A model generated the notes under the pieces. The model was not told the origin of the DNA, did not search any database, and saw only the letters and a list, made by a program, of their open reading frames with translations. 43,289 nucleotides of DNA from a virus, in the UHGV virus genome UHGV-0212642. One strand, given 5' to 3'. This document shows positions 16,389 to 26,368 of the stretch, piece by piece (the stretch's first letter is position 1; each line of letters starts with the position of its first letter). Position numbers and translations under genes: made by a program.

Positions 16389-18245
16389 TTAGCCATAAAA
16401 TGAGTAGTAGTTGTTAATTAGTTCATACATGATGACCTCATGACCTTTGTCATTGAAATGCACACCGTCCGGCATGCTTGATTTTCTGAACGACGGGCTG
16501 TAAGGTCTAAATTGTTCATATCTATAAGCATCGAAAACCGGTACATCTAATTCGTTACAAGCATCAACTTGCGCGTTGACATAATCTAATAAAGTTTTAC
16601 CATTTTCGTTTTTATCTGTGTCTTTGCGTTTGATTTTTCCGTCGTCAACATAACACTGTCTAGCAGCCGTCATAACGATTATTTTTGATTTAGGGTTATT
16701 CGTCTTGATGTTTTGAATTGCGCTGTAGAATGCCCCGTAAAACGTTTTTAAATCAGTTTTATCAGTACCGATATCAATGTTATTAATCCAGTCATCATCT
16801 GTGCCTTGTACGATGATTAAATCGGCTTTTATCTTAGAAGCTTGTTCATATATGCTGTTGTCTTTAGTTGTAGACATCGTCGCACCACTAACAGCCAAAT
16901 TCGTTTGTTTAGCTTTAATCTTTTTAGCTAACAACTGTGTAAAGTTTGTTTTAGCATAAGAACCTTTAGCGATACTATCGCCAATTGTTCCAATGCTTTT
17001 AATTTTTCTGATGTTCGATTTTGGTGCGAAGTCATGCACGATTGTTCCGTTCGCAGTTGTAACATTTTTAGAGTTAGCTTCTTTTAATTTCTTATTTAAA
17101 TCTTCCGTTTTACTAAGTAAATCACTTGTTGTCTTAGTTGCAGCACGTAACTCGGCTTGCATTGCTTTAGCGTCTTTTGCTGGATCTGATTTATTAGTTT
17201 TCAGTGCTTTAACATAGCTTGCAGCATTGTTTACAGCTTTCATATATCTATCTTGTAATCTGAAATCGCCTAGCACTACATCTTGTTTAATAATGTTGTT
17301 ATAAACGTCATATTCTGTCGTTATTTCAACAATACGAACCAAGTCATTAACGCCAATCAATTCGTCGATAACTCTTACAACGTCGCCGATTTTTGGTAAT
17401 GCCTCTGGAAACTTCTTACGTAAAGCCACAAAGTCTAAAGATATAGAAAGCGTTCTGCTTTCCATAATAGCCAATTCCATCGCTTTCTTAAGTGTGTTTT
17501 CTTTAGTCATTCGGCCGTCGATAATTGGTGGAGCCTCTCTCTTGCCTATAACTTGAGCTAACGGATCAGTGTATTCAAACTGCAAACTTGCTTCATTGAA
17601 TGTTTGTTGGTTATCAAATCCGCCATAACCTCTAATGTAGGTGTAGCATTTAGAAGCATCTTCTTGAACTTTTACGTTATTAGCATTCACACCCGCTTTA
17701 ATAAAGTAATCAGCCTCATGTTGGACTTTATCATAGAGGTTAAACGTTTTAGTTGAAGTGTCGTATTTAAACTCTAAATCGTATTGTTCTAATCCTTTTT
17801 TGAATATCTCTAAACGTGTGTCATGGTTGCCTAGATTTTCAAATTTATAAGAACTAACTTTAGAATGTAGTTTGTATTTATAGCCAGTACCTTTGAAAAC
17901 CAAGTCGAAATACCTTTGACCGGTAAAACTACCGTTATAAACCTCATAAATTCTAGAACAGTTTAAATCGTCAAGCTCGACTAATCTGGCTTTGATTGAC
18001 AACTTTTCTTTTTGTCCAATAGATGTTTTATCTATCATTACAATTCTAAATTCTCTATGATCGTTTGCGCCACCGACATTAGTTATCGTCCACATTTTTG
18101 TTATAGCTCCAACAGCGTCAAATGTGTATCGGTTTTCGATTATATCGATGTCTAGCGTGCTATCTTCGTTTATTTTTTCATTCACTTTACATGTTGCAGG
18201 GAGAGAATACCCGACACCTTGTAAACTCTTTAATAATATTGGCAT
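16389..18245 (-). CDS. Tail-associated lysin (Tal)-like protein with C-terminal SGNH/GDSL hydrolase domain
   Basis: 618 aa directly downstream of Dit. N-terminal Tal/prophage-tail-like domain. C-terminal GDSL blocks (IGTIGDSIAKGSY ... DGVHFNDKGHEV). Confidence 0.7.
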   Translation of the reverse strand: MPILLKSLQGVGYSLPATCKVNEKINEDSTLDIDIIENRYTFDAVGAITKMWTITNVGGANDHREFRIVMIDKTSIGQKEKLSIKARLVELDDLNCSRIYEVYNGSFTGQRYFDLVFKGTGYKYKLHSKVSSYKFENLGNHDTRLEIFKKGLEQYDLEFKYDTSTKTFNLYDKVQHEADYFIKAGVNANNVKVQEDASKCYTYIRGYGGFDNQQTFNEASLQFEYTDPLAQVIGKREAPPIIDGRMTKENTLKKAMELAIMESRTLSISLDFVALRKKFPEALPKIGDVVRVIDELIGVNDLVRIVEITTEYDVYNNIIKQDVVLGDFRLQDRYMKAVNNAASYVKALKTNKSDPAKDAKAMQAELRAATKTTSDLLSKTEDLNKKLKEANSKNVTTANGTIVHDFAPKSNIRKIKSIGTIGDSIAKGSYAKTNFTQLLAKKIKAKQTNLAVSGATMSTTKDNSIYEQASKIKADLIIVQGTDDDWINNIDIGTDKTDLKTFYGAFYSAIQNIKTNNPKSKIIVMTAARQCYVDDGKIKRKDTDKNENGKTLLDYVNAQVDACNELDVPVFDAYRYEQFRPYSPSFRKSSMPDGVHFNDKGHEVIMYELINNYYSFYG

Positions 18246-18256
18246 TGGTTCTCCTC

Positions 18257-19186
18257 CTATCTAAAGTAAAGTTTGTGTTTGAATGTGATTTTTTGCATTG
18301 GTACGTTAGCTCTGAAATAGTTACTCCCAGGATACAAAACAGGTTGCTGTTGTGTGATGTTGTACTTATCGATACGTAAGTTATTTCTATAAGTGTGTAA
18401 GCCGTCAAACTTAATAACATCGCCCGGTTTTATTTCTATACCTTTAATTCGAGCTATGTCACTATGTTCAGTATAGAATGTGAATTCTTGCGTTTTCTTA
18501 ACTCTCTCGCCGACTTTAATTTCAACAATTGATTTTTGGTTAAATTGGTTAATAGGTACATCGCCGTCGTAAGTGACAAAGTCGTACATTGTGTTATAAA
18601 ATGTAAATTTTCTTTCGCTTTCTGATTTATTGAAAGGTAAATCGTCAGGAACTGCCCATTTTTCCATATTCGGGTCTTTTTCAAGGTCTGTACTATATGC
18701 GATACTTTCAAAATATGGTAAATCAACTGTTTCAAATTCTATGTCTATTTCTCCAGTTAATTTAGTGGTATCTATTGATATAGAATTGACCAACCCTACA
18801 AATATTTGTCTGCCGTCAACATATTCAAGCTCAAAATCTTGCGTTTTATGGCTGAACAAACTTTCGAATTTAATTTCTGGGTTAGGCGTTGCTAACTCAC
18901 GTAAATAGTAATGACCGCTTAACAAGTTCTGCAAGCCGGTTTTAAGATGAGAAGCATAAGCCATTTTAGATACTTTGTATCGTACTTTTAAACTTACTTT
19001 TTTTAATTCTTCGTTAGTTGAATTGTAAAAGCGGCCGTTTACTCTCTCGATTTTTTCGAACTCTCTTGAATAACCAGCACCCTCTACATCAAAAGAAACA
19101 ACCTCTAATGCTTTTTGAGTAAAAGGGTTGTCACTGATTTTATATTTATTTTTGTCTTTAATTATTTCTACATCATGTGCTATCAA
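18257..19186 (-). CDS. Distal tail protein (Dit, Sipho_tail family)
   Basis: 309-aa ORF immediately downstream of the tape measure gene. Size and position typical of Dit. Confidence 0.65.
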   Translation of the reverse strand: MIAHDVEIIKDKNKYKISDNPFTQKALEVVSFDVEGAGYSREFEKIERVNGRFYNSTNEELKKVSLKVRYKVSKMAYASHLKTGLQNLLSGHYYLRELATPNPEIKFESLFSHKTQDFELEYVDGRQIFVGLVNSISIDTTKLTGEIDIEFETVDLPYFESIAYSTDLEKDPNMEKWAVPDDLPFNKSESERKFTFYNTMYDFVTYDGDVPINQFNQKSIVEIKVGERVKKTQEFTFYTEHSDIARIKGIEIKPGDVIKFDGLHTYRNNLRIDKYNITQQQPVLYPGSNYFRANVPMQKITFKHKLYFR

Positions 19187-19198
19187 TTAACAACCCTC

Positions 19199-22100
19199 CT
19201 AAAATTGACTAATTACAGCTGCTTTTGAATTTGTTTCTTCAATGTAAGATTTGATAGCTGGTATATCACTTTCATTTCTAACATTTACATTTACGATAGG
19301 TCTGTTGTTCTCTTGTAAGCTGTGTCTCACATCTTTAGACATATGAGCGTCTACAGAGCCGTTTAAAGAGCCTCCTAAGCCGTCTGTTAAGTCTGATGAC
19401 AGTGATGTGTTTAAATCAGGCTGGAAAGCATTAGTAAGGTTCTTAGCTACATTACGAACTGCGTTAATCGGTTTGTTTTGGTCTGTTAAAATACCTATTC
19501 CTAAACCTTGTGATACATATTCTCCAAGGCCTCTAAATACACGAGACGGAGAATGTATACCTAAAGCTCTTTTTGCCGCACTTACAGCACTAGAAGCTAC
19601 ATTTCTAGCAGCATCAACAACCCAAGACATACCTCTTTTAATACCGTTGACCAAACCACGCATTAAATCTAAACCGACACTGACAAATCTACCAACAAAA
19701 TTTTTGATAGCATTCCAAGCATTTTGCATGCCGTTTCGGCAAGAGTCAACAACTCTGTGGAAACCATTTACAACACCTTGTACAAATCTGACCATTGCAC
19801 TAATGATTGAAATAACCCAATTTCGAGCTGTATTAACGATGTAATTATACGCTTGCACCATTTTTTGCCAAACAGATTGAGCCACGCGGCCAAACCAACT
19901 CGTTACAGATGACCATATTCGAGTGACAAAACCGACTATAGCGGACCATATCTGACCCCAACTTGTGATATTAGTACCAAGAATTTTGTTTAAAATACTG
20001 AAAATAAAGCTAGATATCTGATTAAAAATTGATACAATCGCACTCCAAATCGTATTTAAAACATTAGAAATCGTATTGTACAAAGTAGTCCAAGCACCAG
20101 AAAAGTCGCCAGATAAAAATTGAATGAATGCAGTAAAAATACCTACAATCAATTGAACTGCCGCTGATATAACCGCTCCTATAGCCGTGAATATCACTTG
20201 TATAGCTGTCCATAACGCTTGGAAAGCAACAATTAACAATTGGATAACACCCATAACGGCAACACCTAAAATTTGCATAAACATTTGTCCTAATGCTTGT
20301 AAGATAGGCATTATCGGTTGTAACGTTGTCATTATTGAGTTCCAAAGTTGTGTTAACCAGCCAACTACGGCTGAAATCGCTGTAGAAATGGCTGTAGTTA
20401 TGCCATTCCAAGCTTCGATGATCATATTTCTAAAATCAGCGTTTGTTTTCCATAAATAGACAATTACTGTTACTAGTCCAGCAATTGCAGCAACTACCAT
20501 GCCGATAGGGCTAAATATCAATGAAAACGTTGCAGCCAATCCCTCTAACAAACTAGTAACGGATGCAATAGGGGTCATTAATAAACCAAATGCACCCTTT
20601 AAAACATTGACTACTGTAGTTATTAGACTACTACTTGCGATAAATCTACCTATAGACGTTATAGCTTGTAATATTGTCATACCAAACACGTTGCTTAACA
20701 AACTACCTATCGCTATGATTGGCGCCATTAAAGCCCACATAGCACCACCTAAAATAATCAATACACCAATAATTTTGGCTACTGCTGGATGTGCTTCAAA
20801 CAACTTAGCTACAAACTGTGCTAAACCATTGATGAAGTTGAGTAAAGCGCTAGCTATAGGTGCCATTGCTGTACCAAACGCGACAAGTATTCTAATGATG
20901 TTACCAATTAAACTCATGATAACTGGTCCGTTTTGCTGTACGTATTGTATAAACTGTTTAAAGCCCTCTGATTTGCCTACTTGTTCTGACCATGTTCTAA
21001 ATTGACTAGTCATTTTAACTAACCAATCAAATATACCGGCGCTATTTGCAGCAAACGCGTGCATAAGGTTACCAATACCCATGAACACATTTGCGAATAT
21101 TTGGCCTATTTTAGGTAAATTCGTTTTTGTATATTCGATAAAGCTTTGTATTGCATTTTGTCCGGCAACACTGTTAGCCCATTTTTGGAACGAAATACTC
21201 ATATTCTGTAAGCCTTGCGACATAAACTTGAATAAAGGCATAAATTGAGTAAATATGTTGACTAAGCCGTCGCCAAAGCGTCCAGCAGCGTTTAATAAAT
21301 CTCCAAATATTTGAACACCTACCGTATTTAACGCTTGAAACGCTTTTTTAGCTGTGTTTGATGTTGCAACCCATTTTTCAAACTTTTGAGCGTTGAAATC
21401 AACCAAATCAGCTACACCACTTAAAAATGGTGTAAGACTTTTTAACGCTGTTTGGACACCGTTCATAGCCGATGACATCGCGCCAAAAATAGAGTCAGCA
21501 TTCATCTTTATAATTTGTGTCCATTCATCTTTTAAGCCTTGTAAACTTTTCTTATAAGCGTCTGTCGCATCTGTTGATTGTAATAAGCCGTCGTTTAACA
21601 TTTTAATAGCACTGATGCCCATTCCAGCCATTGCAACAGCACCTAAACCAGCAACAGAGAATGCACCAGCTAAACCGATAACACCGCCACCTAATACACC
21701 AACAGCGTTTAATACGGCCATGAGTGCGGGTACTAGTCCAGCGATAACGGGGATAAGTGCTTGCACACTTGCAATCATTACGCCTTTAATTTGCTGACCG
21801 AATATTGTTCCAAATGTTCTTATTTTAGTTGCTAGAGCGTCCATTTTATCGCCGTATTCATCAAGCGATTGGCCTAATGCTCTAGTAAGTATTTGTGCTC
21901 TTGTCAAACCTCTTGTGTCAAAATTAACTCTGACTGTTTTGTCAAACAAAGTAGCAAGTGCAATTTTAGACGATGCAATAGCTCTTTTTAGACCACTATT
22001 ATTACCGTCAATCTTTACATTCTTTTCTCTTATACCAGCTAATTTTGCTTTTATACCGTCGATAACACGACGTAAAGGGCTAGCATTACCGTCAATGTCA

Positions 22101-22294
22101 ACGTTATGCTCACGCCACTTCATCGCCATGGCTTTAGCGCGTTGCAAAGCTTTTTGAAACTTCGATATATCAGCTTTAACATCTGTCTCTATTTCATCTG
22201 GTATAGAGGTTTTGGCTAAACTTTGAGCTTTTCGCACGTTGTTTTGAAAATCTCTAATGTTAGCCATGATTTTGGCCATAAATCTCGAGTCCAC
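19199..22294 (-). CDS. Tail tape measure protein
   Basis: 1031 aa. N-terminal coiled-coil region. Long hydrophobic, Gly/Ala-rich, low-complexity central part. Located after the G/GT chaperones. Confidence 0.85.
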   Translation of the reverse strand: MDSRFMAKIMANIRDFQNNVRKAQSLAKTSIPDEIETDVKADISKFQKALQRAKAMAMKWREHNVDIDGNASPLRRVIDGIKAKLAGIREKNVKIDGNNSGLKRAIASSKIALATLFDKTVRVNFDTRGLTRAQILTRALGQSLDEYGDKMDALATKIRTFGTIFGQQIKGVMIASVQALIPVIAGLVPALMAVLNAVGVLGGGVIGLAGAFSVAGLGAVAMAGMGISAIKMLNDGLLQSTDATDAYKKSLQGLKDEWTQIIKMNADSIFGAMSSAMNGVQTALKSLTPFLSGVADLVDFNAQKFEKWVATSNTAKKAFQALNTVGVQIFGDLLNAAGRFGDGLVNIFTQFMPLFKFMSQGLQNMSISFQKWANSVAGQNAIQSFIEYTKTNLPKIGQIFANVFMGIGNLMHAFAANSAGIFDWLVKMTSQFRTWSEQVGKSEGFKQFIQYVQQNGPVIMSLIGNIIRILVAFGTAMAPIASALLNFINGLAQFVAKLFEAHPAVAKIIGVLIILGGAMWALMAPIIAIGSLLSNVFGMTILQAITSIGRFIASSSLITTVVNVLKGAFGLLMTPIASVTSLLEGLAATFSLIFSPIGMVVAAIAGLVTVIVYLWKTNADFRNMIIEAWNGITTAISTAISAVVGWLTQLWNSIMTTLQPIMPILQALGQMFMQILGVAVMGVIQLLIVAFQALWTAIQVIFTAIGAVISAAVQLIVGIFTAFIQFLSGDFSGAWTTLYNTISNVLNTIWSAIVSIFNQISSFIFSILNKILGTNITSWGQIWSAIVGFVTRIWSSVTSWFGRVAQSVWQKMVQAYNYIVNTARNWVISIISAMVRFVQGVVNGFHRVVDSCRNGMQNAWNAIKNFVGRFVSVGLDLMRGLVNGIKRGMSWVVDAARNVASSAVSAAKRALGIHSPSRVFRGLGEYVSQGLGIGILTDQNKPINAVRNVAKNLTNAFQPDLNTSLSSDLTDGLGGSLNGSVDAHMSKDVRHSLQENNRPIVNVNVRNESDIPAIKSYIEETNSKAAVISQF

Positions 22295-22297
22295 TCG

Positions 22298-22585
22298 CTA
22301 ACCTCCTTTGCTTTGTTGTTCTAAGAAACGTCTAGTACCAGCTTTAAATAGTTCACGTCTTCGTTTTTCGTCTTCAAGTCTAGCTTTTTTGATACGTTCA
22401 TAGCTGCCAGGCTCTCTAATCTCATAACGTTGTCTTTCAATGTCTTTAGTCATTCTTTTTAGTGACTTACTAGCTTGTACTAATCCGTTCGCTTGAGCTA
22501 TTTGTATAGTTAGCTCGCGTTTATCTAAATATCTATCTTGACCGCCGATAATCCAATCTTTCCATTCGGCGGGAGTCATAAGCAT
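22298..22585 (-). CDS. Tail assembly chaperone T segment (expressed as a G-T fusion by -1 frameshift)
   Basis: This ORF's frame remains open upstream into the last codons of the preceding G ORF. It sits in the -1 frame relative to G. Conserved gpG/gpGT arrangement upstream of the tape measure gene. Confidence 0.55.
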   Translation of the reverse strand: MLMTPAEWKDWIIGGQDRYLDKRELTIQIAQANGLVQASKSLKRMTKDIERQRYEIREPGSYERIKKARLEDEKRRRELFKAGTRRFLEQQSKGG

Positions 22586-22632
22586 TAACTCGTCTTTAGG
22601 TATGTAACCAACATACCTAGATGTTAGTTGTC

Positions 22633-23136
22633 TTATTTCTGCGTAATCGAGTAAGGTTCTGCGCCCATGATTTCTTTGTAGTTCTCTTTCATGAACTCGA
22701 TGCCAGCTTTCGTTGTTTCTTTGTCCTCCGCTTTCGCCATTTGAGGAGCTTTGTTCATCTGTATCCAGAACATTTTCGATTTTTGTTTGAAAAAACCGCT
22801 ATTATTCAATACGTTTAAAGCACCTTGTAACAGCTCTAATGTGTCTTCTTTTTCTAAAATAACTTCTGCTAATGCATTTTCGATATCTTCTCGAGACGGT
22901 GCGTTTTTGCTTAAATAAGCTGTAGCACATTCCCAAAAATTTGCGATAGCGTTTGTATCACGTTCTAAAATACCGTTGTAAATAATGTTGAAACCAGGTG
23001 TAACAATCGTTTCGCCGTTTTTACCTTTTGTTTCTTCTGAAAATTTCTTAGCTTTAATGTCAAATGCGAATAACGCTTTAGCTTCTACGTCCTCGCCGTT
23101 AATTTTTAATGTTGTAATCGGATTAAATTCAGTCAA
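22633..23136 (-). CDS. Tail assembly chaperone G
   Basis: 167-aa acidic protein between the major tail and tape measure genes. Confidence 0.65.
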   Translation of the reverse strand: MTEFNPITTLKINGEDVEAKALFAFDIKAKKFSEETKGKNGETIVTPGFNIIYNGILERDTNAIANFWECATAYLSKNAPSREDIENALAEVILEKEDTLELLQGALNVLNNSGFFKQKSKMFWIQMNKAPQMAKAEDKETTKAGIEFMKENYKEIMGAEPYSITQK

Positions 23137-23199
23137 AATAAATACCTCTTTTCAAATTTTGTATAAAAAAATAGGGGCGCTAGCCCCATAAATATAAAG

Positions 23200-23745
23200 T
23201 TACAGACTTGAACCGCCACTAGATGCTTTGGCTGCTTTTTGATCTTCGAATGTGCCAACTTTTTCAGCAAAGTGTTCGTATTCGACAGTAGGTGCGCCTG
23301 CTGCTTCGAACCATTCTTGTGGTAGGTTTTCTTCTGTTCCCTCTGCAGTGTTCCATTTGATTTTTAACGTTAATTCAATTTTGTTGTCTTCGTCATCGAA
23401 TGACATTTCGTAACTTTCTGGAATTGCATAACCGAAGACACCATGATATTTACCGTCTTCGCGTTTATTACGTTCATAAAGCCATACACGTACTTGGCCA
23501 CCTTTTTGTACAGCATGCTTCATTGCTTGAATGCCGGCGTCTCCAGGCACATTACCGATTGTTAACTTAACTTCTTCTGACATTGCATTTGAAGAATAGT
23601 CAGTTTTACCACCTCTAACAATTTCTGCAAGGTCGTTTTCGATAGTATGGCCACCCTCTTGTAAGTCGCCAAGCAATAAAGCGTCAACTTTATCTAATTC
23701 GCTTTCAGCTGGTCTTACAACTGCTAAATAACTTTTTTGAGCCAT
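23200..23745 (-). CDS. Major tail protein
   Basis: 181-aa ORF following the head-tail joining genes and preceding the G/GT chaperones. Strong expression signals. Confidence 0.65.
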   Translation of the reverse strand: MAQKSYLAVVRPAESELDKVDALLLGDLQEGGHTIENDLAEIVRGGKTDYSSNAMSEEVKLTIGNVPGDAGIQAMKHAVQKGGQVRVWLYERNKREDGKYHGVFGYAIPESYEMSFDDEDNKIELTLKIKWNTAEGTEENLPQEWFEAAGAPTVEYEHFAEKVGTFEDQKAAKASSGGSSL

Positions 23746-23748
23746 TTA

Positions 23749-24180
23749 TTACACCTCTTCGTTAATTTTTTTATGTCTATAGTTAAATAAAAGTCGTATT
23801 GTTCCATGCTTCGTGAACCGGTCTATATCCGGGAACACAGCTTGGCTATCAATACGACTAAATCTAAATTCGTAATTATCAATCTCAATCGGTCTGTTTA
23901 TCACATGTCCAATTGCACTGATTATTAGTTTTGTTTCATATTGCGTTGGATATTGTGAATACACATGAAACACAATGCCAACTGTTTCGCGCATCATTGC
24001 GCTGCTTTCGTTGTTAGTGACGTTACTTTCTCCCAATACAATATATGGGTATCTAGCCTCGTCTTGAACAACATCAAAAACCCTATCGCCAACTAATTTG
24101 TTGATGATAGGGCTATCTTTCAATCGTTTATATAACTGATTTGTAAGCTCGGGCTCAACTGATACCCACATATTTAACAA
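23749..24180 (-). CDS. Tail completion / tail terminator-like protein
   Basis: 143-aa ORF. Position in the head-tail joining block. Confidence 0.5.
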   Translation of the reverse strand: MLNMWVSVEPELTNQLYKRLKDSPIINKLVGDRVFDVVQDEARYPYIVLGESNVTNNESSAMMRETVGIVFHVYSQYPTQYETKLIISAIGHVINRPIEIDNYEFRFSRIDSQAVFPDIDRFTKHGTIRLLFNYRHKKINEEV

Positions 24181-24183
24181 CTC

Positions 24184-24597
24184 CTAAGAAAAATACTGTT
24201 CAAAAGTTCGACGTCCAGCGTCTATTGCGGGGTTCCAAAATGGCTGTGGCGCTTGACCTTTAGTAGTATGCCACTTACCGTCAGCATCTTTATATGACCA
24301 CGGTATTTTGTGTGCTCTACTACCTCCGGGACCAGTTGCATATATACCAGTACCAAATTCAACATATACAGCGTAATTTGCTCCAACATTAATAACGCCA
24401 GTTAACCCACCGTTTTCGAAATCAAAGTCAATGCTTTCTTTCAAAAATCCTTGATCAACTGGTGCCAATGCTACAGCAGTATTGTATATTTTTAACGTTG
24501 TTTTCGCTATACCTTTTTTAACCCACTTCTCAATATCTTTTTGAAATCTATCTAAATCTACGATTAAAGTATCTGCGCCATATCTAACTTTGGCCAT
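24184..24597 (-). CDS. HK97 gp10-like head-tail joining protein
   Basis: 137-aa ORF. Position and size. Confidence 0.5.
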   Translation of the reverse strand: MAKVRYGADTLIVDLDRFQKDIEKWVKKGIAKTTLKIYNTAVALAPVDQGFLKESIDFDFENGGLTGVINVGANYAVYVEFGTGIYATGPGGSRAHKIPWSYKDADGKWHTTKGQAPQPFWNPAIDAGRRTFEQYFS

Positions 24598-24928
24598 AAG
24601 GCAACTCTTTGAGCCGAATTAAATTAATCTCGTGTTGACCACCTTGGTCGATAGGTTCTCCTACTATACCAAATACTCTGCCCTCATATTTAAAATAATT
24701 ATTAGTCGTTATTGGTTGGCTGTATGGTACATATAAGTTTCTATCGAACTCTTGGCTCATTTGATGATACTTTAGTTGTTCTGACGTTGTAGGTGTGTCC
24801 ATAAATCCATTTATTATTCTTTCGCTCACATAGCGCTCTTTTGCAATTGGATAATCTACAACTTTTTCGATATGACCAATAGATATTGCATGTGGGAACT
24901 CGTCAAAAGGATTAAACATGATAACCAC
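24584..24928 (-). CDS. Head closure / head-tail adaptor protein
   Basis: 114-aa ORF. Position. Confidence 0.5.
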   Translation of the reverse strand: MVIMFNPFDEFPHAISIGHIEKVVDYPIAKERYVSERIINGFMDTPTTSEQLKYHQMSQEFDRNLYVPYSQPITTNNYFKYEGRVFGIVGEPIDQGGQHEINLIRLKELPYGQS

Positions 24929-25223
24929 TCCAACGTAATTTTTTATATTTTTTTAAATAATCATACGTGCTAGTTGGTAAATCAGTTACAAAAGTATAGC
25001 TTACAGTGCCCATTGTTCTTGCTGATATATTGCCGGTTTGGCCAGCTTTAATACATTCTGCAATAAACTTCTTAACTCCAGCCGGATATGGCTCGTAAAA
25101 CTCTTGATTGCAATAGTCTTCTGCAACATCTTTGTACAACTCTATGAGTTTATTAATAACATCGTCTTTTGAGTCATCCTCAAGTGGTAATTGGTTAATT
25201 ATTTTGATGTCTTTTGCATCCAT
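24912..25223 (-). CDS. gp6-like head-tail connector protein
   Basis: 103 aa. N-terminus resembles Phage_connect_1 (acidic, DDSKDDVINKLIELYKDVAEDY). Confidence 0.55.
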   Translation of the reverse strand: MDAKDIKIINQLPLEDDSKDDVINKLIELYKDVAEDYCNQEFYEPYPAGVKKFIAECIKAGQTGNISARTMGTVSYTFVTDLPTSTYDYLKKYKKLRWSGYHV

Positions 25224-25504
25224 TATTTACCACCCTCTAACTCCTCAACCAATTCTGCTTTTTTCATATCACTGTAACCCTCGACATTGCGTTGCTTAGC
25301 ATATTCTTTCAACTCAACAACTGTGAATGTAGATAAATCTATATCCTCAATTGCTACAATATTTCTTCGGTTGTTCGTTGTGGATAATTCAGTTAATCGC
25401 TCATCAGATACATTTAATCCAGGTCTAGGGTATAAGTCGTTTACATTGTACTCATACTCGTTGTCCTGATGATCAGTAAAGTATTCTTTTACGATATACG
25501 CCAC
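25223..25504 (-). CDS. Small protein with Rho-N-like C-terminal domain
   Basis: 93 aa. C-terminal VVELKEYAKQRNVEGYSDMKKAELVEELEG resembles the Rho termination factor N-terminal (SAP-like) domain. Located between the capsid and connector genes. Confidence 0.5.
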   Translation of the reverse strand: MAYIVKEYFTDHQDNEYEYNVNDLYPRPGLNVSDERLTELSTTNNRRNIVAIEDIDLSTFTVVELKEYAKQRNVEGYSDMKKAELVEELEGGK

Positions 25505-25522
25505 TTAAATCAACTCCCTTTA

Positions 25523-26347
25523 TTACAAGCTTGAACCACCAGCAGCTTTAGTGATTTTAACCGCTTTAGCTTCATCATATAAGTAAGCTACATAGTGTTT
25601 GTCGCTATATAAAGCAGTTGTTTTTGTAGATGCGTCGCGTTCTGTTTCTAAGAAAAAGTCGCGTTTAGTGATTAATTTAACAGCACCTTTTTTAGCTAAA
25701 ATTGCAGTACCTTGTTCTAATTTGTTAGAACGTACGATGATAGCGCCTAAAGCTTCGCCAAAAGCACCTTTAACAATGATGTCGTCGCCTAATTCAGTAG
25801 CACGTGTGAAGTTAGTTGAAGCATCGCCACGTAATTTGCCAGAGTCTAATGGGTTTACGAATAAAACCATAGGTTCTAAGTCTTCATCATTGAATTTGTC
25901 GATAGCTGATTGTAAGCCGTTTAATTTAGTGATATCAGCAGATACAGTTAATTTTGCACCCATTAAAGCGTCTAATACGTCGTTATCAACTTTGTTAGCA
26001 ATAGCTAAACCATGTTGGCGTACTTGTTCTCCTTGAGGGTCTCCATATCCAGACAATAAAGCTTCGTCCGAAATAGAAGTACCTTTCGCGATTTTACGAA
26101 TTTTAGCTTCACGTTTTTTAGTTTCTAGTTGATCTGTTGGGATTTTTTCTCCCTCTGCAACAACTTGTGCATCTCCACTGTAGATAAATGCTGGGAATGT
26201 TAAAGTGTCTCCAGGTTGTCCTACTAATGTGTTGTCGATTTCAGCAAATGAAGCAAAACGCATTTTTTTGTCTAATTCGGCTTGCATCATTGGTGCTAGT
26301 ACTTCTGGTACGATTTGTGTACTTAATTTAGTTAATCCTTGAGCCAT
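25523..26347 (-). CDS. Major capsid protein
   Basis: 274-aa ORF directly after the scaffold gene. Strong RBS. Confidence 0.7.
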   Translation of the reverse strand: MAQGLTKLSTQIVPEVLAPMMQAELDKKMRFASFAEIDNTLVGQPGDTLTFPAFIYSGDAQVVAEGEKIPTDQLETKKREAKIRKIAKGTSISDEALLSGYGDPQGEQVRQHGLAIANKVDNDVLDALMGAKLTVSADITKLNGLQSAIDKFNDEDLEPMVLFVNPLDSGKLRGDASTNFTRATELGDDIIVKGAFGEALGAIIVRSNKLEQGTAILAKKGAVKLITKRDFFLETERDASTKTTALYSDKHYVAYLYDEAKAVKITKAAGGSSL

Positions 26348-26368
26348 GTTATATACCTCTTTCTATTA

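Noticed and set aside
14096-17217. Multiple 60-126-aa + strand ORFs inside the tail fibre and Tal genes
   Set aside because: Antisense artefacts of long - strand genes.
19407-21797. Several + strand ORFs (145, 90, 168, 60 aa) antisense to the tape measure gene
   Set aside because: Low-complexity Pro/Ala/Thr-rich translations typical of the antisense frame of Gly/Ala-rich TMP codons. No RBS.
25523-26347. Possible host Prp-type cleavage motif (KMRF/ASF) near the major capsid protein N-terminus
   Set aside because: Resemblance to the L27/80alpha LQFF/A site is loose, and the position (residue 31) differs. Not enough to claim.
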